Shown: positions 1 to 9,795, counted from the stretch's first letter. The stretch is 64,000 bases of DNA from Gemmatimonadota bacterium (GCA_020348925.1 CP070758.1:124001-188000), one strand, 5' to 3'. The notes: generated by a model from the sequence alone, not told the origin. Program-made: numbers and translations.

Positions 1-204
1 AATCCTCATGGTGACGATCACGCTCTGTTCATGTGCTTTGCCCCGGCCGATGATCCTGTTATTGCCCTGGCCGTCATCGTTGAGAACGGCGGGAAAGGGG
101 GGCGTGTCGCCGCGCCCTTGGCGAAAAGGGTCATTGAGGCCTATCTGTTTGACAGGTACGAGGAGAAGTACGTCTATGGCCAACCGACGACTGAGAAATT
201 TTGA
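1..204 (+). CDS. mrdA: Penicillin-binding protein 2, C-terminal fragment (5' end outside window)
   Basis: Frame 1 reads NPHGDDHALFMCFAPADDPVIALAVIVENGGKGGRVAAPLAKRVIEAY...TGA, a typical PBP2 C-terminus; lies directly upstream of rodA. Confidence 0.85.
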   Translation, partial: NPHGDDHALFMCFAPADDPVIALAVIVENGGKGGRVAAPLAKRVIEAYLFDRYEEKYVYGQPTTEKF

Positions 205-1402
205 TTTCGTTCTTTCGGTGTCCGTCATCATCCTGGCATGCTTCGGTGTCCTGATTATTTTCAGCGCGACCCATACGAACTCCTCGCCGGCGGAACGGTC
301 ACTCTATCAGAAGCAGATTGTGTGGCTGGTTATCGGCTTTGCGGGATTGGCCCTGATGAGTGCGATTCCCCATAAAATTTTCTACCTCTTGTCGTACATC
401 ATGTATCTCGCCGCGCTGCTGTCGCTGGCCGGTCTGTTTTTCGTTCCGGCATCGTTTTCCGAAGCGTTTCGGTGGTACCGTATTGGTCCGCTGAGCTTTC
501 AACCCTCTGAGCTGGCCAAAATTGCAACGATCTTTGCGGTAGCGCGGTATCTCTCGACGAGAGAAATTGAAAAGGGGAAACTGGGCGACCTCTTTGTCCC
601 TCTTTTTCTCGTGGCCGTTCCGGCCTTACTCGTCCTTCGCCAGCCCGATCTTGGGACGGCGCTCGTGTTCGTTGCCATCCTCTTTCCGATGCTCTACTGG
701 AGCGGACTCGGTGTGGCCCGCCTCTTCTTTCTCGTTTCACCGGGGGTCAATGTTCTGCTCTCCTTTAATTGGATCGCCTGGACGTGTTTTATGTTCGTTC
801 TCTTCGGATCGCTGTATGTCGTAAAGCCGAAGGTGAGCATCATCTTCGCCGTCGTTCTGGTCAATGTCTCCGTTGGTCTCGCCACGCCGTATTTATGGAA
901 CAACGTCCTGCATGAGTACCAACGAAAGCGCGTCATCGCCTTCGTGAACCCGGAGAAGGATCCCCTGGGTATGGGGTATCAGGTTATCCAATCGAAGGTT
1001 GCCGTCGGATCGGGCAGTTTTACGGGAAAAGGATTTTTACAGGGGACGCAGACAAAACTCGACTTCCTTCCGAAACAGCATACCGATTTCATCTTCGCCG
1101 TTGTGGCTGAGGAGTTTGGTTTTCTGGGCTCGGTGTTGATCCTGTCGATCTTCGGATTGATGGTCTATCGCGGGTTGAGGATCGCAGCTCAGGTGCGCAA
1201 CAGTTACGCCAGCCTGGTCGCGATCGGCGTGGTCACTGTCTTCGTGTTCCATATTGTCGTGAACATCGGCATGACCCTGGGGATCATGCCTGTGGTCGGA
1301 TTGCCCTTACCGTTTTTAAGCTACGGCGGATCGTCCCTCCTGGCCAATATGTGTATGGTGGGATTATTGCTGAACATCGGTGTCAGACGATACGCCTACT
1401 GA
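176..1402 (+). CDS. rodA: Rod shape-determining protein RodA (SEDS family)
   Basis: FQPSELAK, QPDLGTA, GYQVIQSKVAVGSG, LPKQHTDFIF and GLPLPFLSYGGSS motifs; ATG 176 follows GAGGAG. Confidence 0.95.
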   Translation: MANRRLRNFDFVLSVSVIILACFGVLIIFSATHTNSSPAERSLYQKQIVWLVIGFAGLALMSAIPHKIFYLLSYIMYLAALLSLAGLFFVPASFSEAFRWYRIGPLSFQPSELAKIATIFAVARYLSTREIEKGKLGDLFVPLFLVAVPALLVLRQPDLGTALVFVAILFPMLYWSGLGVARLFFLVSPGVNVLLSFNWIAWTCFMFVLFGSLYVVKPKVSIIFAVVLVNVSVGLATPYLWNNVLHEYQRKRVIAFVNPEKDPLGMGYQVIQSKVAVGSGSFTGKGFLQGTQTKLDFLPKQHTDFIFAVVAEEFGFLGSVLILSIFGLMVYRGLRIAAQVRNSYASLVAIGVVTVFVFHIVVNIGMTLGIMPVVGLPLPFLSYGGSSLLANMCMVGLLLNIGVRRYAY

Positions 1403-1433
1403 CCTTTGATCGGAAATAATCACGAGGAGTTGT

Positions 1434-2240
1434 ATGCATACGACGTTGTTTCAACTGGGTCCATTCGCGATTCGGAGTTACGGTCTGATGCTGGCCCTCT
1501 CTTTTCTGTGCGGCATTCTTCTGGCCAGACGACGGGTGACAAGGATGGGGATTGACGCTCAACGGATAATGGACCTGGCCGTTGTGGTTATTGTCTCCTC
1601 GATTGTAGGCTCGCGAGCGTTGTACGTCCTCTTTCATCTTGAGGAATTTTCCGCAAATCCTCTGGACATCATTAATCCTTTTCAGAGCTCAGGGGAGGTT
1701 GGTATCCAGGGATTGACCATGTACGGCGGGGTGCTTCTCTCCATCATCGCCAGCCTCTGGTTTCTGCGGCGCCATGGCCTGCCGATCTGGAAGATAGCGG
1801 ATGCGATTGCTCCCTCCATTGCCCTGGGCGTCTTTCTGACGCGAATTGGCTGCTTTTTAAACGGGTGTTGCTTCGGCAAGCCTGGGGACTACCCGTGGTG
1901 CGTCGTGTTTCCCCCTGAAAGTGCCGCCGGTTACTTTTTCCCCCACCAACATATTCACCCGACGCAATTATACGCCTCCCTGTACGGACTTCTTATTTTC
2001 GGACTGCTTCTTTTCTTGGAGCGGTTTAAAAAATTTGACGGCTTCACCTTTTGGCTCTTTCTTCTCCTGTATGCGGTCGCTCGGTTCAGCATCGATTTTG
2101 TGAGGTTTTACGAAGGGTCAATGACGCTGTCTGTACTGGGCATGGTCCTGTCGGTGAACCATGTGATCAGTGCCGCCCTCTTCGTCCTCGCTCTGGGCAT
2201 GATGATCCTTCTCAATCACAAACGTCCCTCCGCAGCATAG
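1434..2240 (+). CDS. lgt: Prolipoprotein diacylglyceryl transferase
   Basis: IRSYGLM, GLTMYGG, RIGCFLNGCCFG and HPTQLY motifs. Confidence 0.93.
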   Translation: MHTTLFQLGPFAIRSYGLMLALSFLCGILLARRRVTRMGIDAQRIMDLAVVVIVSSIVGSRALYVLFHLEEFSANPLDIINPFQSSGEVGIQGLTMYGGVLLSIIASLWFLRRHGLPIWKIADAIAPSIALGVFLTRIGCFLNGCCFGKPGDYPWCVVFPPESAAGYFFPHQHIHPTQLYASLYGLLIFGLLLFLERFKKFDGFTFWLFLLLYAVARFSIDFVRFYEGSMTLSVLGMVLSVNHVISAALFVLALGMMILLNHKRPSAA

Positions 2241-2250
2241 GCCTTTCCAG

Positions 2251-3006
2251 TTGACGAACTTCAAAGCCCACATTCTTCGTTGCGGACGCACCCTGTGGAG
2301 CGACTGTTTGTCTGGTCTCGCCGACTGCATCTTTCCTCCTTTTTGTCTCGTGTGCGAAAAAGGACTCGAGGAGCGAGATCACCTGGTCTGTGGGCGCTGT
2401 TGGAGCGGTTTCGAGATTATTGATCGTCCCGTTTGTGAGGTCTGCGGGGCTCCCCTCCCTAAAGGAGAGCGAAGGTGTCCGGCGTGCAGGGGCAAGGGTT
2501 TCTCTTTCTCAGGTGTCAGAGCCGCGTACTCGTACAGCGCGGATATACGGAAGATCATTCATGCCTTCAAGTTTGGCAGAAAGATATCACTCGCAAAAAG
2601 GTTGGGTCGAATCCTTGCCTTTGTCCTGCTGCAGGATGAACGGTTTCGCCAGGCGGAGTGTATGGTTGCCGTGCCGCTTCATGTCAGCAGGCAACGTGAA
2701 CGAGGATACAATCAGAGCGAACTGTTGGCCCAAGCGGTGTGCGCCGAATTGGGCATGAAATTGGTCAAAGATGCGCTGGTTCGGAGGAAGAGGACGAAAC
2801 CTCAGACGGCCTTGGCTCCCCGGCGACGCACACGGAATGTCGAAAAGGCCTTTCGAGTGACGGATGCCTCCGGCATCGTCGACAGAAAGGTTGTGCTCGT
2901 GGATGATGTGTTCACAACGGGAGCGACAGTTGATGCGTGTGCCAAGGCCCTGCGACGTGCGGGAGCGGTCGACGTCGTCGTCTTGACAGTGACGCGGGCC
3001 ACATGA
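2251..3006 (+). CDS. comF: ComF family protein (double zinc ribbon + PRTase domain)
   Basis: CxxC pairs, VPLH..RQRERGYNQSELLA, VVLVDDVFTTGAT. Confidence 0.88.
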   Translation: MTNFKAHILRCGRTLWSDCLSGLADCIFPPFCLVCEKGLEERDHLVCGRCWSGFEIIDRPVCEVCGAPLPKGERRCPACRGKGFSFSGVRAAYSYSADIRKIIHAFKFGRKISLAKRLGRILAFVLLQDERFRQAECMVAVPLHVSRQRERGYNQSELLAQAVCAELGMKLVKDALVRRKRTKPQTALAPRRRTRNVEKAFRVTDASGIVDRKVVLVDDVFTTGATVDACAKALRRAGAVDVVVLTVTRAT

Positions 3007-3037
3007 GCACTTTCTTTCCGGACGCAACATATTCTGC

Positions 3038-3065
3038 TTGATCGTGTGTTAAAAATTGTTATTTT
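3038..3065 (+). promoter_or_regulatory. Putative sigma70 promoter of the glycolysis operon
   Basis: TTGATC-N16-TATTTT with a TGn extension, in the AT-rich gap before the class II gap gene. Confidence 0.35.
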
Positions 3066-3134
3066 TATGTATCCATCGAAAGAGAAGGTGTTCCTTCAAG
3101 AGGTCCGTTCAATCCTTAAAAGAAAGGGCTGGTT

Positions 3135-4160
3135 ATGGGTGCAAAAGTCGCAATAGTCGGATACGGGACCATCGGGAAAAGGGTCGCAGACGCAGTCGCT
3201 CTGCAGGATGATATGGAAATAGCCGGTGTGGTCAAAACCCGGGTTTCCTTTGAACTCAGTGTCGCAAAGCAGAAGGAGTATCCAATATATGCCAGCGATC
3301 AGAAGAGTCTGTCACTCTTCAGGGGTGTTGGGATTGACGTTCAGGGACGGGTCGAAGAGCTGTTGAAGAGAACGGACATTGTCGTCGATTGTACCCCGAA
3401 ACCTATTGGGGCCAAGAATCGAGAATCATTGTATGAGCCCTATAAAATGAAGGCGATCTATCAGGGAGGCGAGAAAGCGAGTGTGAGTGAGGTCTCTTTT
3501 GTGGCCCAGTGTAATTATAAGGAGGCTTTCGGCAAAAATCATGTACGGGTTGTGAGCTGTAATACGACCGGTATGTCGAGAACGCTCTACGCGCTCCATC
3601 AGGCTTTTGGGATCAAACGGGCCAGAGCGACGCTGGTACGGCGGGGGACGGATCCCGGACAGGTGAAACGGGGACCGATCAATGCCATCGTTCCAACCTT
3701 TGAACTGCCGTCGCATCACGGGCCGGATGTGCGGACCGTCATTCCTGAGATCGAAGTGTTCACAACCTCTCTGGTGGTGCCGACGACGATTATGCACATG
3801 CACGCCCTGAGCGTGCGTCTGGAGAAGGAGGCGACCACGAAAGACGTGCTGGACGTTTTTGCCAATACCCCCCGGGTCAGACTGGTCAAAGCCTGGGATA
3901 ATGTGCACTCCACGGCGGCCATCATGGAAATGTCGAGGGATTTTGGCCACCCCAGGGGTGATATGATGGAGATCTGTGTCTGGGAGGAGGGCGTCGGCTC
4001 CTATCACGACGAACTGTTCTACATGCAAGCGGTCCATCAGGAGAGCAATGTGGTTCCGGAAAATGTCGATGCCATACGGGCCATGCTCGAAATAACCGAC
4101 GATCCTGAGGAAAGTATGAAGAAGACGGATGAATCCTTGGGATTGAAACGCTGGTGGTAA
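3135..4160 (+). CDS. Class II (archaeal-type) phosphorylating glyceraldehyde-3-phosphate dehydrogenase
   Basis: [44 protein letters not shown] and [20 protein letters not shown] are archaeal GAPDH signatures. Confidence 0.92.
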   Translation: MGAKVAIVGYGTIGKRVADAVALQDDMEIAGVVKTRVSFELSVAKQKEYPIYASDQKSLSLFRGVGIDVQGRVEELLKRTDIVVDCTPKPIGAKNRESLYEPYKMKAIYQGGEKASVSEVSFVAQCNYKEAFGKNHVRVVSCNTTGMSRTLYALHQAFGIKRARATLVRRGTDPGQVKRGPINAIVPTFELPSHHGPDVRTVIPEIEVFTTSLVVPTTIMHMHALSVRLEKEATTKDVLDVFANTPRVRLVKAWDNVHSTAAIMEMSRDFGHPRGDMMEICVWEEGVGSYHDELFYMQAVHQESNVVPENVDAIRAMLEITDDPEESMKKTDESLGLKRWW

Positions 4161-4178
4161 CCGGGGGAGGTGGGTCCG

Positions 4179-5102
4179 ATGTCTTTGGCCACGAACAAGG
4201 AGATTCAGGCGGACGCACGGCGTGGAGCCTACGCCGTCGGCGCCTTCAATACGAGCAATCTGGAGATCACACAGGCGATCATTGAGGCGGCCGAGGAGGA
4301 GCGATCGCCGGTCATTGTCGCGACGTCCCAGAGTGCTATCGCCTATGCCGGGATCGAGGTGCTTGCCGCTCTTGTCCGGACGATGGCCCAAAAGATCAGC
4401 GTGCCGGTTTCGTTGCACCTGGATCACGGCACCGACTTCGACGCCATTATGGGATGTATACGTCACGGCTGGACTTCGGTTATGTTCGACGGATCCCACG
4501 AGCCCTTTGCGAAGAACGTCTCCGCCACTCAGGAGATCGTGCGGATCGCCCATTCGGCCGGCCTTTCGGTCGAGGCGGAGCTGGGACGGTTGGTGGGGGT
4601 TGAGGATCAGATCTCCGTGAGCGAAAGGGAGGCCGCTCTGACCGATCCGGAAGAGGCGGTCCGGTTTGTCGCGGAGACGGGCTGTGACACGCTGGCCGTG
4701 GCCATCGGAACGTCCCACGGAGCGTACAAGTTTCAAGGGGAAGCGAAGCTCGATTTCGAGCGCTTGGAGATGATTGCCCGAGGGGTTGCCGCACAGCTCG
4801 TTCTCCACGGCGCATCCAGTGTCATACCGGAGATCCTTGAAAAAGCGAATGCCTACGGGGCTCAGCTGTCAGGGGCGAAAGGCGTCCCACCTGAAGATAT
4901 TCAGAGGGCCGTCCACCTCGGCATCACCAAGGTGAATATTGACACGGATCTCAGATTGGCCTTCACCGCGGCGACGAGGGAATTTTTAGGGACGCACCCA
5001 AAAATCTTCGATCCGAGGAAGATCGCCGGTGCGGGCAGAGAGGCCATGAAGGCGGTCATCAAAGCAAAAATGCAGCTTTTGGGAAGCAGTGGGAAGGGGT
5101 AA
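4179..5102 (+). CDS. fba: Class II fructose-1,6-bisphosphate aldolase
   Basis: AVGAFN, LHLDHG, SVMFDGS, VEAELG, AIGTSHGAYK, LVLHGAS, KVNIDTD; RBS GGAGGTG. Confidence 0.95.
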   Translation: MSLATNKEIQADARRGAYAVGAFNTSNLEITQAIIEAAEEERSPVIVATSQSAIAYAGIEVLAALVRTMAQKISVPVSLHLDHGTDFDAIMGCIRHGWTSVMFDGSHEPFAKNVSATQEIVRIAHSAGLSVEAELGRLVGVEDQISVSEREAALTDPEEAVRFVAETGCDTLAVAIGTSHGAYKFQGEAKLDFERLEMIARGVAAQLVLHGASSVIPEILEKANAYGAQLSGAKGVPPEDIQRAVHLGITKVNIDTDLRLAFTAATREFLGTHPKIFDPRKIAGAGREAMKAVIKAKMQLLGSSGKG

Positions 5103-5156
5103 CAGACTATTTTCTTAAAAGTTTCGAGGATTCATTGAGAAGTGAGGTGAAGACGT

Positions 5157-6824
5157 ATGGCTATTCGAGTAGCAATTAATGGTTTCGGCCGTATCGGGCG
5201 GCTCGTCTGTCGGTTGGGGGCAAAGAACTCGAATATTGAGCTCGTTGCCATCAATGACATTGCGGACATTCATACATCCGCCCATCTGCTCAAACACGAT
5301 TCCGTTCATGGGGTTTTTGACGCCGATGTTCGCGTCGAGGATCATGCCATCGTGATCGATGGGATTCCTATTGCCTATCACTCGGAACGGGAACCCGAGG
5401 CTCTGCCCTGGAAACAGATGAAGGCAGAGCTCGTGGTGGAAGCCACGGGGATCTTCAGAAAGAGGGAACAGCTGGCGAAGCATCTGAAGGCCGGTGCGGA
5501 GAAAGTTATCCTGACAGCTCCTGCCAAGGACGCCGTCGATGCGACCATCGTTTTGGGTGTGAACGACGCCCAGGCGAAGCCGGAGTACAAAATTTTTTCG
5601 AACGCCTCGTGTACGACGAATTGCCTGGCACCGGTGCTGAAGGTGATCAACGATCGCTTCTCCATCCGGCGGGGTTTCATGACCACGGTCCACGCCATCA
5701 CCAACGACCAGCGCATTCTCGATGTCTCCCACGCCGATCCCCGGCGGGCCAGGGCCGCGTCCATGTCCATCATCCCGACGAAGACCGGCGCTGCCTCGGC
5801 CATCAAGCTCGTCCTGCCGGAGCTGGAGGGAAAGATGGAGGCCATCGCGATGAGGGTGCCCATTGCGGACGGCTCCAACATCGATGTGGCCCTGGAGCTG
5901 GACAAGAACACGACGGTTGATGAGGTCAATGCTGCCTTTCAGGAGGCGGCCGAGACCGATGTGGCCCACGGGGGATTGAAGGGCATCCTGGAATACTCGG
6001 AAGCCCCATTGGTCTCGGTGGACATTATCGGCAATCCCCATTCGGCCATCTTCGACAGCCTTTCGACCAGGCTCATCGGGGACAATTTCCTGAAGATCGT
6101 CGCCTGGTACGACAATGAATGGGGCTACTCGAATCGGGTCGTGGACCTCATTGAAAAAGTGAGCGGCGAACATATCGTCCATTACCCCGCCTTTCAGGTT
6201 TTTGAGAATCCCATCGAATTTCAGGAATGTGCTCACTGGCTTGACACCTTGGAGGGGGATCGATGTCTTGTCTCTGATATCATTCACAGCATGACGAGAA
6301 ATCAGGATCTGTCCGTGGATGTCGCCCTGAAATTGTTCTCCCACTTCGGGCGGAACAAGGAGGAGTATGCGCTCTACGTGGATTTCGTCAACAAACGCTG
6401 GCGGGTCTTTCAGGAGAAGCTGAAAGAGGGCAAATGGACCTTCCGCGACATTTACAGCCGGACCGGTATCGAGGAGTACATCTCTGAGAAGAAGGCCCCT
6501 ATGGACAGCGCGGAGGATCCGGCCGATGAGATCAGACACCGCATGGAGACGCTCATCAAATTTCTGGATTACGACAAATACCACATCGGTCTGACGGAGG
6601 ACCGGGTCCACTACAACTTTTTGCTGAAGGCCAATCGAGGGGTCATTGTTGACTTTCCATCGCGGGTCTATTCGAAGTTCGCCTGCGGTCAGGTCATCAC
6701 GGAGCCGTCAAGTATCGATTTCCACGAGCGGCAATTCACAGCGGCCTGGGATGAAATTCCGTCGGAATGGAAGGACAAGAAGAACGTCAAAAAATGGCTC
6801 ACCAAGCAGCTGGACAAAATCTGA
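5157..6824 (+). CDS. gap: Class I glyceraldehyde-3-phosphate dehydrogenase with ~220-aa C-terminal extension
   Basis: INGFGRIGR, SNASCTTNCL, WYDNEWGYSNRVVDL; the ORF continues 220 codons past the normal GAPDH end. Confidence 0.93.
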   Translation: MAIRVAINGFGRIGRLVCRLGAKNSNIELVAINDIADIHTSAHLLKHDSVHGVFDADVRVEDHAIVIDGIPIAYHSEREPEALPWKQMKAELVVEATGIFRKREQLAKHLKAGAEKVILTAPAKDAVDATIVLGVNDAQAKPEYKIFSNASCTTNCLAPVLKVINDRFSIRRGFMTTVHAITNDQRILDVSHADPRRARAASMSIIPTKTGAASAIKLVLPELEGKMEAIAMRVPIADGSNIDVALELDKNTTVDEVNAAFQEAAETDVAHGGLKGILEYSEAPLVSVDIIGNPHSAIFDSLSTRLIGDNFLKIVAWYDNEWGYSNRVVDLIEKVSGEHIVHYPAFQVFENPIEFQECAHWLDTLEGDRCLVSDIIHSMTRNQDLSVDVALKLFSHFGRNKEEYALYVDFVNKRWRVFQEKLKEGKWTFRDIYSRTGIEEYISEKKAPMDSAEDPADEIRHRMETLIKFLDYDKYHIGLTEDRVHYNFLLKANRGVIVDFPSRVYSKFACGQVITEPSSIDFHERQFTAAWDEIPSEWKDKKNVKKWLTKQLDKI

Positions 6825-6885
6825 TGTCCCGTGCAGGTGAGGCTGAGAGCACAACCGGAAGGTGCACATGAGGGGTATTCCTGTT

Positions 6886-8085
6886 ATGGCGAAACTCAGT
6901 GTCGATGATATCGAATTGGAGGGTAAGAGAGCCATTGTTCGGGTCGATTTTAATGTTCCTCTGGACGAGGCTGGAAACGTCCGGGACGATACTCGCATTC
7001 AAGCGGCCCTGCCGACCGTCAAGACGATCCTGGACAGAGGCGGGAAAGCCGTTCTCATGTCACATTTGGGGAGACCGAAGGGAACGGTTGTCGAAAAAAT
7101 GAGGCTTGCGCCTGTGGCTGAGAGACTGGGGCAATTGCTCAAGCGGAGAGTGATCATGGCTCCGGATTGCGTGGGGGAAGAGGTGGAAGGGATGGTCTCG
7201 GAGATGAGGCAGGGCGAGGTGCTGCTTCTGGAGAATCTGCGGTTTCACCCTGAGGAGACAACGAACGACGATACGTTCTCCCAACAATTGGCGCGCTTGG
7301 GCGATGTCTATATCAACGACGCCTTCGGCACGTGCCACAGAGCTCACGCGTCCGTCGTGGGGGTGACCCGATACTTCGAGGAGAGGGCGGCGGGCTATCT
7401 GGTGCTCAAAGAGCTCGCCTTTTTGGGCGAGGCCTTAGCAGATCCGAAGAGACCGTTCGTCGCCGTATTCGGCGGGGCAAAGGTCTCGGACAAGATCGGA
7501 GTCATGCACAACCTTATCAAAAAGGTCGACGGCATCCTTGTGGGCGGGGGGATGGCCTTCACCTTTTTGAAAGCCCAGGGTGTGGAGATCGGCACGTCGA
7601 TCGTTGAGGAGGATAAGATTGAAGTGGCGCAGACCATCATGATGGTGGCGGAGTCCTCCGGTGTGCAGGTGCTTCTTCCACTCGATTGTGTGATCGCCCA
7701 GGAGGTCGAGGAGCGCGCTGAGACTCAGGTGGTGAAATTCAATGAGATCCCCTCGGGTTGGAAAGGGCTTGACATTGGACCTTCCACCGCGAGCCTTTTC
7801 AAAAAGGCCCTTCTGTCTGCCAAGACCGTCCTGTGGAACGGTCCTATGGGTGTCTTCGAGCGAGAGCCCTTTGCCGCGGGCACTGAAACCGTGGCCCGGA
7901 CATTGGCGAAGGTGACACAGGAGGGATGTGTCACAGTCGTCGGTGGGGGGGATACGGTCGCAGCGCTGCGTGTTTTCGAATTGAAGGACCGGATGTCCCA
8001 TGTTTCAACCGGTGGTGGTGCGGCGCTCGAATTCTTGGAGGGGAAGGAACTGCCCGGCATTGCTGCCCTCACCGAGAGATCGTAG
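6886..8085 (+). CDS. pgk: Phosphoglycerate kinase
   Basis: RVDFNVPL, LMSHLGRP, LLENLRF, NDAFGTCHRAHAS, WNGPMGVFE, HVSTGGGAALEFLEG. Confidence 0.97.
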   Translation: MAKLSVDDIELEGKRAIVRVDFNVPLDEAGNVRDDTRIQAALPTVKTILDRGGKAVLMSHLGRPKGTVVEKMRLAPVAERLGQLLKRRVIMAPDCVGEEVEGMVSEMRQGEVLLLENLRFHPEETTNDDTFSQQLARLGDVYINDAFGTCHRAHASVVGVTRYFEERAAGYLVLKELAFLGEALADPKRPFVAVFGGAKVSDKIGVMHNLIKKVDGILVGGGMAFTFLKAQGVEIGTSIVEEDKIEVAQTIMMVAESSGVQVLLPLDCVIAQEVEERAETQVVKFNEIPSGWKGLDIGPSTASLFKKALLSAKTVLWNGPMGVFEREPFAAGTETVARTLAKVTQEGCVTVVGGGDTVAALRVFELKDRMSHVSTGGGAALEFLEGKELPGIAALTERS

Positions 8086-8126
8086 GTTTCTGCGTTGTAT
8101 TGTATTGCATGGTCAAGGATTGAAGA

Positions 8127-8897
8127 ATGAGAAAAGCAATCGTTGCTGGCAATTGGAAGATGAACAAGACGCTTGACGAGGCAATAGCATTGGCAAGGTC
8201 CCTGCGCGATCTTCTTGACGCGGTCCACCATGTCGACATGGTGGTGTGTCCGCCGTATCCCACCCTGTCTGGGGTATCGGAAATCCTGAAGGGGAGCCCA
8301 ATCGGGGTGGGCGCACAGAACATGCACTGGGAGTCCCAGGGCGCGTATACCGGCGAAGTGTCGGCCAAAATGCTATTGACAGCAGGATGTCAGTACGTTA
8401 TATTAGGGCACTCCGAGCGCCGTCTTCACTTCGGGGAGACGGATGACGGGGTGAGAAAGAAGGTGGTCGCTGCTTTGAAATCAGGCCTCGTGCCCATCAT
8501 CTGTGTCGGAGAGCGGCTCGATGAACGCGAAGCCGGTCGGACGGAACAGGTCGTTGCAAAGCAGCTCAGGGGAGCAGTCGGGGGGCTGTCGGCGGAGGAG
8601 TTGTTGAGAGGGATCATCGCCTATGAGCCGGTCTGGGCTATTGGGACGGGCAGGGCGGCCACGCCGGAGATGGCGAACGAGGTGCACACCTTCCTTCGGA
8701 GACTGCTCCGGGAATTGCACGGTGAGGGCGTTGCGTCCGCGGTACGCATACAGTACGGCGGCAGTGTTACCGAGGAGAATGCCGCCTCGCTCTTGAGGCA
8801 ATCGGATATTGATGGGGCTCTCGTCGGCGGGGCGAGTTTGAAGGCCGAGTCGTTCGCCGCCATCGTCAGGGCCGGATCGGAACACACAGGAGGTTGA
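8127..8897 (+). CDS. tpiA: Triosephosphate isomerase
   Basis: AGNWKMN, GHSERR, AYEPVWAIGTG, YGGSV, LVGGASL. Confidence 0.97.
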   Translation: MRKAIVAGNWKMNKTLDEAIALARSLRDLLDAVHHVDMVVCPPYPTLSGVSEILKGSPIGVGAQNMHWESQGAYTGEVSAKMLLTAGCQYVILGHSERRLHFGETDDGVRKKVVAALKSGLVPIICVGERLDEREAGRTEQVVAKQLRGAVGGLSAEELLRGIIAYEPVWAIGTGRAATPEMANEVHTFLRRLLRELHGEGVASAVRIQYGGSVTEENAASLLRQSDIDGALVGGASLKAESFAAIVRAGSEHTGG

Positions 8898-9313
8898 ATG
8901 CAGTGTTTGTCGTAATGATTATTTTGCATATTCTTATCAGTGTTTTTCTTGTTCTTGTCGTTCTGCTGCAGGCGAGTAAGGGAGCCGGCTTGGCCGGAGC
9001 TTTCGGCGGTGGTCTTGGGGGAGGGATGGGTGCCGTTTTCGGAGGGCGTGGGGCCGCCCCCTTCCTGAGCAAGGCCACAACGGTTTTGGCCATCGCCTTT
9101 ATGTTGAGCTGTATTGTTCAGTTGAAAATGTCACCGGCGGTGGGCCGGGCACCGCAAAGTGTTATTCAGCGGGAAGCCGAGGAGAAGGCCCGGAGGCAGC
9201 CGGCAGAAGCACTCCCCATGGTCTCTGAGGAGATGCCGGTGGTGACGCCGCCGGTGGAGGAGGTTGAGACCGAGACACAGCCGGCAGCGGCTACGGATAC
9301 GACTCAGCAGTAA
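8894..9313 (+). CDS. secG: Preprotein translocase subunit SecG
   Basis: TM-LLQASKGAGLAGAFGG-...FLSKATTVLA; conserved tpiA-secG-tRNA-Leu synteny. Confidence 0.9.
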   Translation: MNAVFVVMIILHILISVFLVLVVLLQASKGAGLAGAFGGGLGGGMGAVFGGRGAAPFLSKATTVLAIAFMLSCIVQLKMSPAVGRAPQSVIQREAEEKARRQPAEALPMVSEEMPVVTPPVEEVETETQPAAATDTTQQ

Positions 9314-9347
9314 AAATCGTACTCGTTAATAAATGATCGAGCGAGAG

Positions 9348-9433
9348 GCCGAAGTGGTGGAACTGGCAGACACGCTGTCTTGAGGGGGCAGTGGGGTATC
9401 CCCGTGGGGGTTCAAGTCCCCCCTTCGGCACCA
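9348..9433 (+). tRNA. tRNA-Leu(GAG)
   Basis: GCCGAAG/CTTCGGC acceptor stem, anticodon arm CTGTC-TTGAGGG-GGCAG, long variable arm, GTTCAAGTC T-loop, encoded CCA. Confidence 0.95.
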
Positions 9434-9444
9434 TAGAGATTGAA

Positions 9445-9480
9445 GAGCCACAGTTCGAAAGGAATTGTGGCTTTTTTATT
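9445..9480 (+). terminator. Rho-independent terminator after tRNA-Leu
   Basis: AGCCACAGTTC-GAAAG-GAATTGTGGCT hairpin followed by a T-run. Confidence 0.8.
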
Positions 9481-9547
9481 GCGTTCCATTGTTATCCAAG
9501 GCCGGGGTGGAAGTGTTTTCTCCGGATCGCAGGATTCAAGGGATACG

Positions 9548-9587
9548 AACCTCCTGGGGATTCCCAATCTCCGGGAGGTTTTCTTTT
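9548..9587 (+). terminator. Second terminator-like hairpin
   Basis: AACCTCCTGGGGA-N7-TCTCCGGGAGGTT followed by TTCTTTT. Confidence 0.55.
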
Positions 9588-9795
9588 GTGCGGAATAGAA
9601 ACCGTGGCTCCCTGGGTTGTGCTTACGGGTGTAACGAGAAATCTGTCCCTGGTATAAGCCGGATCTGCAGAGTCCGTTTCACTCCGTGAGAACAATTTTC
9701 AAAGTCTTTGATTCTTTGGAAGTCTCAAAGAACCCGGCCGAACATCGAGAAAATGGATTGTCGTTGAATCACTCAAATGCATATTATCTGAGAAA

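Noticed and set aside
8-175. N-terminal extension of RodA in the ORF track
   Set aside because: It overlaps the mrdA C-terminus in another frame; the real start is ATG 176 with an RBS
3426-6611. Long minus-strand ORFs (460 aa, 498 aa) and similar ones at 59921-61117 and 62228-63166
   Set aside because: Antisense shadows of well-supported GC-rich genes, with no recognisable motifs
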